A DNA stretch of 32,225 nucleotides from a virus (lineage: Duplodnaviria > Heunggongvirae > Uroviricota > Caudoviricetes), in IMG/VR virus record IMGVR_UViG_2541047764_000008. The stretch is one strand, 5' to 3'. Numbering within the stretch: position 1 is the first letter of the stretch; every line of letters begins with the position of its first letter. Below the pieces are notes generated by a model. That model searched no databases. It was not told where the DNA came from and saw only the letters and a program-made list of their open reading frames with translations. Position numbers and translations under genes: made by a program. Positions 25,448-32,225 of this stretch are shown here, in pieces.

Positions 25448-25464
25448 ACCAACCTTTTAGAAAA
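25439..25464. promoter_or_regulatory. hix/gix-like inversion crossover site (right)
   Basis: The plus strand reads TTCTCCCAAACC-AA-CCTTTTAGAAAA; its reverse complement shares GGTTTGGGAGAA and the central TT with the left site. It lies immediately upstream of the invertase remnant. Confidence 0.65.
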
Positions 25465-25518
25465 TGCAGATATTCCGTTCAGCTGGCATGATCCCGACTT
25501 TTTACCGGGTTATTTCTC

Positions 25519-25761
25519 ATGTTTATCGGTTATGTACGCGTATCAACAAATGACCAGAACATCGCATTACAGCGAAATGAACTGGAGTGCGCAGGATGTG
25601 AGCTGATTTTCGAAGATAAAATCAGCGGCAAAACATCAGACTGGCCGGGGCTAAAGAGGTTACTCAGAACCTTGTCAGAGGGCGATACGCTTGTGGTCTG
25701 GAAACTGGATCGCCTCGGGTATCTCAACGCAATACAAAAAATTTCCCGCATCAGTTGCTGA
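25519..25761 (+). pseudogene. Truncated serine DNA invertase (Hin/Gin/Cin/Pin family) remnant
   Basis: The first ~66 codons match the Hin N-terminus closely (GYVRVSTNDQN...GDTLVVWKLDRLG, including the catalytic Ser region). Similarity is then lost and the ORF stops after 80 codons; a full invertase is about 190 aa. Confidence 0.7.
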
Positions 25762-25859
25762 TGTCTCAATGTGTCAGACATCGCCCAACACTGACAAATA
25801 GCCCCTCAACAGACCAGCTAGGACAATAACACTTGCCCACTAACCACGGAGTTAACCGG

Positions 25860-27038
25860 ATGAGTGATTTTCACCACGGCGTGCAGGTGCTTGAGATTAA
25901 CGACGGCACCCGCGTCATTTCCACTGTTGCAACCGCAATCGTCGGCATGGTCTGTACAGCCAGCGATGCGGATGCGGCAACCTTTCCCCTCAACGAGCCG
26001 GTACTGATTACCAATGTGCAAAGCGCCATTGCGAAAGCCGGTAAAAAAGGCACGCTGGCCGCGTCCCTGCAGGCCATCGCCGACCAGTCAAAACCTGTCA
26101 CAGTTGTCGTGCGTGTTGCCGAAGGTACCGGAGAAGACGCCGAAGCGCAGACCATTTCCAATATCATCGGCGGCACGGATGAGAACGGTAAATATACCGG
26201 CATCAAGGCGCTGTTGACTGCCGAAGCAGTCACCGGCGTTAAGCCGCGCATTCTCGGCGTGCCGGGTCTCGATACCAAAGAGGTCGCAGTCGCACTTGCT
26301 TCGGTCTGTATCAGCCTGCGCGCCTTTGGCTATATCAGCGCATGGGGTTGTAAAACCATTTCCGAGGCGATGGCCTATCGCGAGAATTTCAGCCAGCGCG
26401 AGCTGATGGTCATCTGGCCTGATTTCCTTGCATGGGATACCACCACAAACGCCACCGCACCGGCATACGCAACTGCGCGCGCACTCGGCCTGCGTGCCTA
26501 TATCGACCAGACCGTCGGCTGGCACAAAACCCTGTCTAACGTCGGCGTGCAGGGTGTTACCGGCATCAGTGCGTCAGTGTTTTGGGATTTGCAGGCATCC
26601 GGCACCGATGCTGATCTGCTCAACGAGGCCGGGGTCACGACACTGGTGCGTAAGGATGGCTTCCGCTTTTGGGGTAACCGCACCTGCTCTGATGACCCGC
26701 TTTTCCTGTTTGAGAACTACACCCGCACCGCGCAGGTGCTGGCCGACACGATGGCCGAGGCGCACATGTGGGCGGTCGATAAGCCCATCACCGCATCACT
26801 TATCCGTGACATTGTCGACGGCATTAACGCCAAATTCCGCGAGCTGAAATCAAACGGCTACATCGTGGACGGTGAATGCTGGTTCGACGAGGAATCGAAC
26901 GATAAGGAAACCCTCAAGGCCGGGAAACTGTATATCGACTACGACTATACACCGGTTCCACCACTGGAAAGCCTAACCCTGCGCCAGCGTATCACCGATA
27001 AATATCTGGTGAATCTGGCCGAATCGGTCAACAGCTAA
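25860..27038 (+). CDS. FI: Tail sheath protein (P2 gpFI-like)
   Basis: 392 aa from the ATG at 25860 (MSDFHHGVQVLEINDG...); size and position match P2 FI. Confidence 0.9.
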   Translation: MSDFHHGVQVLEINDGTRVISTVATAIVGMVCTASDADAATFPLNEPVLITNVQSAIAKAGKKGTLAASLQAIADQSKPVTVVVRVAEGTGEDAEAQTISNIIGGTDENGKYTGIKALLTAEAVTGVKPRILGVPGLDTKEVAVALASVCISLRAFGYISAWGCKTISEAMAYRENFSQRELMVIWPDFLAWDTTTNATAPAYATARALGLRAYIDQTVGWHKTLSNVGVQGVTGISASVFWDLQASGTDADLLNEAGVTTLVRKDGFRFWGNRTCSDDPLFLFENYTRTAQVLADTMAEAHMWAVDKPITASLIRDIVDGINAKFRELKSNGYIVDGECWFDEESNDKETLKAGKLYIDYDYTPVPPLESLTLRQRITDKYLVNLAESVNS

Positions 27039-27053
27039 GGAGCCTGAAACAAC

Positions 27054-27572
27054 ATGGCACTACCCCGCAAACTTAAATATCTGAACATGTTCAATGACGG
27101 CCTTAGCTACATGGGCGTTGTTGAATCCGTGACGCTGCCGAAGCTGACCCGCAAGCTCGAAAACTATCGCGGCGGCGGCATGAATGGCGCGGCGGCGATT
27201 GACCTTGGTCTCGACGATGATGCGCTCACCGTCGAATGGTCTGTCGGTGGCCTGCCTGATGTGGCGCTGTGGGCGCAGTACGCCGCGCCGGGTGCTGACG
27301 CTGTGCCGTTGCGTTTTGCTGGCTCTTACCAACGTGACGACACTGGCGAAATCGTGGCGGTCGAGGTGGTCATGCGTGGCCGTCATAAAGAAATCGACGG
27401 CGGCGAGAATAAGCAGGGTGAAAACACCTCGACCAAACTGTCGACCGTATGCACCTATTACCGCCTCACGATTGATGGTAGCGACGTCATCGAAATCGAT
27501 ACCGTCAACATGGTTGAGAAGGTGAACGGCGTCGACCGTCTGGAACAGCACCGCCGCGCAATCGGGCTGTAA
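27054..27572 (+). CDS. FII: Tail tube protein (P2 gpFII-like)
   Basis: 172 aa, the same length as P2 FII; directly follows the sheath gene. Confidence 0.9.
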   Translation: MALPRKLKYLNMFNDGLSYMGVVESVTLPKLTRKLENYRGGGMNGAAAIDLGLDDDALTVEWSVGGLPDVALWAQYAAPGADAVPLRFAGSYQRDDTGEIVAVEVVMRGRHKEIDGGENKQGENTSTKLSTVCTYYRLTIDGSDVIEIDTVNMVEKVNGVDRLEQHRRAIGL

Positions 27573-27579
27573 TTCCCTG

Positions 27580-27602
27580 ACCGGTCAGCACTGCTGGCCG
27601 GT
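27580..27602 (+). terminator. Stable hairpin between FII and E (possible attenuator/partial terminator)
   Basis: GACCGGTCAGCA-c-TGCTGGCCGGT near-perfect inverted repeat followed by a U/A-rich stretch; downstream genes must still be expressed, so at most partial. Confidence 0.3.
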
Positions 27603-27635
27603 TATTAATCCCCATTCAGAGCAGAGAAAAACATC

Positions 27636-27971
27636 ATGGCAAAAGCACCACGTAAAACCGCTGAATTTGTTGATATGGCTGGCAATGAAATTGACACCGT
27701 AAACCCGAACGTCGTGACCCTCGACAAGCCGATTAAGCGCGCCGGTCAGACGATTGATAAAGTCACACTGATTGAGCCGAACGCCGGTACCCTGCGCGGT
27801 GTCAGTCTGGCAGCGGTGGCGCAGTCCGAAGTCGATGCGCTGATTAAGGTATTGCCACGCATGACCTACCCCGCGCTTACGGCGCAGGAGCTTACCGCAA
27901 TGAACCTGCCCGATATGCTGTCGCTGGCCGCTAAGGTGATTGGTTTTTTGTCACCGGCTTCGGCGGAGTAG
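27636..27971 (+). CDS. E: Tail assembly chaperone E (P2 gpE-like)
   Basis: 111-aa ORF upstream of the tape-measure gene; contains the slippery heptamer T-TTT-TTG at 27944-27950 near its 3' end. Confidence 0.8.
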   Translation: MAKAPRKTAEFVDMAGNEIDTVNPNVVTLDKPIKRAGQTIDKVTLIEPNAGTLRGVSLAAVAQSEVDALIKVLPRMTYPALTAQELTAMNLPDMLSLAAKVIGFLSPASAE

Positions 27972-28123
27972 ATTTCCCGCCCGACCTGTCGACCGATGAC
28001 CTGATGGCGGATATCGCGGTGATATTCCACTGGCCGCTATCAGAGCTATATTCCCTGAGCCTGACCGAGCTCATCACATGGCGCGAAAAGGCGCTGCAGC
28101 GTAGCGGACACCACAATGAGTAA
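27636..28123 (+). CDS. E': E+E' frameshift fusion product (programmed -1 frameshift at 27944-27950)
   Basis: After a -1 slip on TTTTTTG the reading frame stays open to the TAA at 28121-28123 (...VTGFGGVDFPPDLSTDDLMADIAVIFHWPLSELYSLSLTELITWREKALQRSGHHNE), overlapping the T start. This is the conserved P2 E/E' arrangement. Confidence 0.7.
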
Positions 28124-30560
28124 TAACCTGAGACTTGAGGTTTTGCTGAAAGCGGTCGACCAGGCGACCCGACCGCTTAAATCCATCCAGACCGCGAGTA
28201 AAACCCTGTCGGGCGATATTCGCGACACACAAAAAGGGCTGCGTGACCTGAACGGGCAGGCCGCGAAAATCGACGGCTTTCGCAAAACCAGCGCTCAACT
28301 GGCCGTAACCGGCCAGTCGCTGGAGAAGGCAAAGCGCGAGGCTGAAGCGCTTGCCACGCAATTCAAAAATACTGAGCGCCCGACGCGAGCGCAGGCACAG
28401 GTGCTCGAATCCGCAAAACGTGCCGCCGAGGGGCTGCAAGTTAAATACAACAGCCTCACCGAGTCGGTTAAACGCCAGCAACGCGAGCTGGGTGCCGCAG
28501 GTATCAATACCCGCAATCTGGCAAACGATGAGCGGGGGCTTAAAACACGCATCAGCGAGACGACGGCGCAGCTCAACCGGCAGCGTGAAGCATTGGCGAA
28601 GGTCAGCGCACAGCAGGCGCACCTAAACCGAGTGAAAGAGCGATATAAATCGGGTAAGGAGCTTGCCGGTAACATGGCCGCTGCAGGTGCTGCCGGGGTC
28701 GGTATTGCGACAGCGGGAACGATGGTCGGGGTTAAATTGCTGATGCCCGGTTATGACTTTGCGCAAAAAAACTCCGAGCTGCAGGCCGTGCTTGGGGTCG
28801 ATAAGCAGTCTCCAGAAATGCAGGCTCTACGCAAACAGGCGCGTCAGCTCGGCGATAACTCAGCGGCCTCAGCAGATGATGCCGCCGCCGCGCAGATTAT
28901 CGTAGCCAAATCTGGCGCAGATAAAGACGGCATAGTGGCGCAAACACCGGCCATTCTGAATATGTCGCTGGCAAATAAAAAAACTATGGAGGAAAACGCC
29001 GCTTTGCTTATTGGCACCAAATCGGCATTCGGGCTCGCAGATGACAAGGCATCGCATATAGCAGATGTCATATCGATGGCGATAAATAAAACACAGGCAT
29101 CATTTGAGGGATTAAACGACTCACTTACATATGTTGGTCCAGTTGCCAAAGATGCCGGTGTCAGCCTAGAAGAAACCGCCGCGATGCTGGGTGCGTTACA
29201 CGATGCAAAAATCATAGGTTCGATGGCAGGAACCGGTAGCCGAGCTGTTTTAAGTCGACTGCAAGCTCCAACTGGCAAAGCCTATGATGCCATTAAAGAG
29301 CTTGGCGTTAAGACGATGGATAAAAAAGGCAATACACGGCCAATCTTTACCATCCTGAAAGAAATACAAGCCAGCTTTAAGCGCAACAACCTCGGTACAG
29401 GTCAAAAAGCCGAGTATATGAAAACGATATTCGGCGAGGAAGCCAGTTCCGCTGCAAGTGTGTTAATGGCCGCAGCGGCCAGTGGAAAACTGGATGAACT
29501 GACCAAGATAATTAAGGATTCTGACGGTAAAACCGAGGAATTGGTTAAGGTCATGCAGGATAACTTAGGTGGCGACTTCAAAGAGTTTCAATCCGCTTAT
29601 GAGGCCGTCGGTACCGACCTCTACGACCAGCAAGATAGCTCATTGCGTCAGCTAACTCAGACAGCAACACGGTATGTGCTAAAGCTTGATGACTGGATCA
29701 AAGACAACAAGGAGTTAGCGGAAACTATCGGCATCATCGCCGGTGGTGCGCTGGCGCTGATTGGTATCATCGGCGGCATTGGCCTCGTTGCGTGGCCGGT
29801 TGTCATGGGGATTAATGCCATTATCGCCGCTGCTGGCGTGCTGGGTACGGTCTTTACTGTCGTCGGTAGTGCCATTGCGACAGCGCTCGGTGCGATTACC
29901 TGGCCGATAGTGGCCGTCGGTGCGGCGATTGTGGCGGGGGCGCTACTCATCCGTAAATATTGGGAGCCCATCAGCGCATTTTTCTCGGGAGTGATTGAGG
30001 GCATCATGAGTGCCTTTGCCCCAGTCGGGGAAATGTTCGCTCCACTGGCTCCCATTTTTGATGGTCTCGGCGAGAAACTGCGCGGCGTCTGGCAGTGGTT
30101 TAAAGACCTGATAGCACCGGTTAAGGCCACGCAGGAAACGCTTGATAGCTGCAAAAATGTCGGCGTCATATTTGGTCAGGCACTGGCCTCTGCCTTGATG
30201 GCTCCGCTCAATGTTTTTAACAAGCTGCGCAGCGGTGTCGACTGGCTTCTCGAAAAGCTCGGCATCATCAACAAAGAGTCGGACAGCCTCGACCAGACCG
30301 CCGCCAAAACCAATGCCGCCACACAGGGTAATTCCTACATCCCGGCAACCAGCACATATGGCGGCTATCAGGCTTATCAGCCAGTTACCGCACCGGCGGG
30401 GCGCTCTTACATTGACCAGAGCAAAAGCGAATACAACATCAATCTGCCGGGAGGTGTTGCGCCGGGGCATCAGCTTGACAGACAACTACGCGATACGCTC
30501 GAACAGATTGAGCGCGATAAACGCGCCCGCCAGCGTGCCAACATGACCCACGACTATTGA
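28116..30560 (+). CDS. T: Tail tape measure protein (P2 gpT-like)
   Basis: 814 aa (P2 T is about 815 aa); Ala/Gly-rich with hydrophobic segments, as is typical. Confidence 0.9.
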   Translation: MSNNLRLEVLLKAVDQATRPLKSIQTASKTLSGDIRDTQKGLRDLNGQAAKIDGFRKTSAQLAVTGQSLEKAKREAEALATQFKNTERPTRAQAQVLESAKRAAEGLQVKYNSLTESVKRQQRELGAAGINTRNLANDERGLKTRISETTAQLNRQREALAKVSAQQAHLNRVKERYKSGKELAGNMAAAGAAGVGIATAGTMVGVKLLMPGYDFAQKNSELQAVLGVDKQSPEMQALRKQARQLGDNSAASADDAAAAQIIVAKSGADKDGIVAQTPAILNMSLANKKTMEENAALLIGTKSAFGLADDKASHIADVISMAINKTQASFEGLNDSLTYVGPVAKDAGVSLEETAAMLGALHDAKIIGSMAGTGSRAVLSRLQAPTGKAYDAIKELGVKTMDKKGNTRPIFTILKEIQASFKRNNLGTGQKAEYMKTIFGEEASSAASVLMAAAASGKLDELTKIIKDSDGKTEELVKVMQDNLGGDFKEFQSAYEAVGTDLYDQQDSSLRQLTQTATRYVLKLDDWIKDNKELAETIGIIAGGALALIGIIGGIGLVAWPVVMGINAIIAAAGVLGTVFTVVGSAIATALGAITWPIVAVGAAIVAGALLIRKYWEPISAFFSGVIEGIMSAFAPVGEMFAPLAPIFDGLGEKLRGVWQWFKDLIAPVKATQETLDSCKNVGVIFGQALASALMAPLNVFNKLRSGVDWLLEKLGIINKESDSLDQTAAKTNAATQGNSYIPATSTYGGYQAYQPVTAPAGRSYIDQSKSEYNINLPGGVAPGHQLDRQLRDTLEQIERDKRARQRANMTHDY

Positions 30561-30573
30561 GGGGGATTAAACG

Positions 30574-31059
30574 ATGATGCTTGCTCTCGGAATGTTTGTG
30601 TTTGAACTTCGCACCCTGCCTTACCAGTCGATGCAGCATTCGAAAGATTATCGCTGGGTGTCCAATGACCGGGTGGGTAAACCACCTGCCTATCAGTTTC
30701 TTGGCGAGGGGGAAACCTCTATACAGCTTGCTGGTACGCTATACCCCGCTATCACTGGCGGTTGGATCTCACTTAAGGCTGTAGAGGTGATGGCCAATGA
30801 AGGCAGAGCGTGGCCGTTGATAGAGGGAACCGGAAATATCCTCGGGATGTATATCGTCGATAAAGTATCGACTACACGCACCGAGTTTTTCAGTGATGGT
30901 GCGGCCAGAAAGATTGATTTCACGCTTTCGCTAAAACGGGTTGATGAATCGCTGACAGAGATGTTTGGTGACCTGAATAAACAGGCCAGTGAGCTTCTCG
31001 GCTCTGCCGGTAATTTGACAGATAAACTGCAGGGTATGCCCGGAGGTTTCACTGCATGA
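30574..31059 (+). CDS. U: Tail protein U (P2 gpU-like)
   Basis: 161 aa, in the P2 U position. Confidence 0.85.
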   Translation: MMLALGMFVFELRTLPYQSMQHSKDYRWVSNDRVGKPPAYQFLGEGETSIQLAGTLYPAITGGWISLKAVEVMANEGRAWPLIEGTGNILGMYIVDKVSTTRTEFFSDGAARKIDFTLSLKRVDESLTEMFGDLNKQASELLGSAGNLTDKLQGMPGGFTA

Positions 31060-32225
31060 TAACGGGGATGTCAATTGACGCCGGTGCCAGCCTTGCACCG
31101 GCTTTTATGCTGACGCTGAACAGTCAGGACATTACCAGCAACTTCAGCGACCGGCTGATTTCTCTCACCATGACGGACAATAGGGGCTTTGAAGCTGACC
31201 AGCTCGACATTGAGCTCGATGACACCGATGGGAAAGTCGAGTTACCCCTGCGCGGGGCAGTGCTGACGTTGTGGCTTGGCTGGCAGGGTTCGGCGCTGCT
31301 GAATAAGGGGGATTTTACGGTCGATGAGATTGAGCACCGGGGGGCTCCTGATACCCTGATCATCCGGGCGCGCAGCGCGGACTTTCGCGGCACGCTAAAT
31401 TCCAGGCGTGAAGAGTCATGGCACGACACCACCATCGGCGAACTGGTCAGTACCATCGCAAAGCGCAACAAACTGACGGCCAGCATTGCGGAATCGCTGA
31501 AAAAAATCCCGGTACCGCATATCGACCAGTCGCAGGAATCCGACGCGGTATTTTTGAGTCGACTGGCTGACCGCAACGGGGCAACGGTATCGGTGAAGGC
31601 AGGGAAACTGTTGTTTCTGAAAGCCGGTAGTGCGATGACGGCCAGCGGCAAACCCGTCCCGCAAATGACGCTGACCCGCAGTGATGGTGACCGTCATCAG
31701 TTTGCCATTGCCGACCGTGGGGCTTATACCGGCGTCACTGCTAAATGGTTGCACACCAAAGACCCGAAGCCACAAAAGCAGAAAGTAACGCTGAAACGCA
31801 AGCCAAAAGAGAAGCACCTGCGCGCACTGGAACCCCCAAAAGCAAAGCCGGTCAGCAAAAAGACAAAGGTCAAAAAAGAACAGGAAGCACGTGAGGGTGA
31901 GTACATGGCCGGTGAAGCCGATAACGTGCTGGCGCTGACGACGGTCTATGCCTCAAAGGCACAGGCGATGCGCGCCGCTCAGGCTAAGTGGGATAAACTG
32001 CAGCGAGGCGTTGCGGAGTTTTCAATCACACTGGCGCTAGGGCGAGCGGATTTATTTCCTGAGACGCCTGTACGCGTGTCAGGCTTTAAGCGCGTCATAG
32101 ACGAGCAGGCATGGTTAATCAGCAAGGTGACCCACAACCTCAATAATAACGGTTTCACGACGGGCTTAGAGCTTGAGGTTAAACTCTCCGATGTGGAGTA
32201 CAGCTCAGAAGAAAATGAGGAGTGA
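31056..32225 (+). CDS. D: Tail protein D (P2 gpD-like, late control gene D)
   Basis: 389 aa with an ATGA overlap with the U stop; the last late gene before the expected ogr/att region, which lies beyond the window. Confidence 0.85.
   Translation: MITGMSIDAGASLAPAFMLTLNSQDITSNFSDRLISLTMTDNRGFEADQLDIELDDTDGKVELPLRGAVLTLWLGWQGSALLNKGDFTVDEIEHRGAPDTLIIRARSADFRGTLNSRREESWHDTTIGELVSTIAKRNKLTASIAESLKKIPVPHIDQSQESDAVFLSRLADRNGATVSVKAGKLLFLKAGSAMTASGKPVPQMTLTRSDGDRHQFAIADRGAYTGVTAKWLHTKDPKPQKQKVTLKRKPKEKHLRALEPPKAKPVSKKTKVKKEQEAREGEYMAGEADNVLALTTVYASKAQAMRAAQAKWDKLQRGVAEFSITLALGRADLFPETPVRVSGFKRVIDEQAWLISKVTHNLNNNGFTTGLELEVKLSDVEYSSEENEE

Noticed and set aside
25717-25859. Possibility that the invertase gene continues intact after codon 66
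   Set aside because: Similarity to Hin-type invertases stops abruptly after ...WKLDRLG, and the frame ends 14 codons later without the C-terminal HTH; it is interpreted as a deletion remnant.
28074-28622. 182-aa minus-strand ORF at the start of the tape-measure gene
   Set aside because: Antisense to gpT and the E' extension; no supporting signals.
1-32225. CRISPR arrays, tRNA/rRNA genes, IS elements
   Set aside because: No regularly spaced short repeats, no tRNA-like conserved loops and no transposase-like ORFs or terminal inverted repeats were seen anywhere in the window.

Overview
This window is an almost complete P2/186-family temperate myophage genome (prophage or phage), annotated from the sequence and ORF track alone; no database search was run, so family names and motifs are from memory. 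Left to right: an AT-rich two-gene cassette (ABC-type ATPase + HNH nuclease, minus strand), then the lysogeny operon (CI-like repressor with a duplicated HTH, a small secreted protein, tyrosine integrase). A convergent switch region leads into the early operon (Apl/Cox-like, CII-like, small ORFs, TraR/DksA zinc finger, rolling-circle initiator A). After A come a LexA box driving a Tum/DinI-like module, a repeat-flanked small ORF, an AT-rich HNH-domain gene in the old/tin-equivalent position, and a cos-like 19-mer. The rest is the syntenic P2 late region: Q, P, O, N, M, L, X, holin, endolysin, LysB/LysC, R, S, V, W, J, I, H, G, FI, FII, E/E', T, U, D. Between G and FI lies a Mu G-segment-like invertible tail-fibre cassette whose invertase gene is truncated. 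The best candidates for an undescribed system are the ATPase+HNH cassette next to int and the HNH protein in the A-to-cos hotspot. Prophage boundaries (att sites) are not identifiable in the window.
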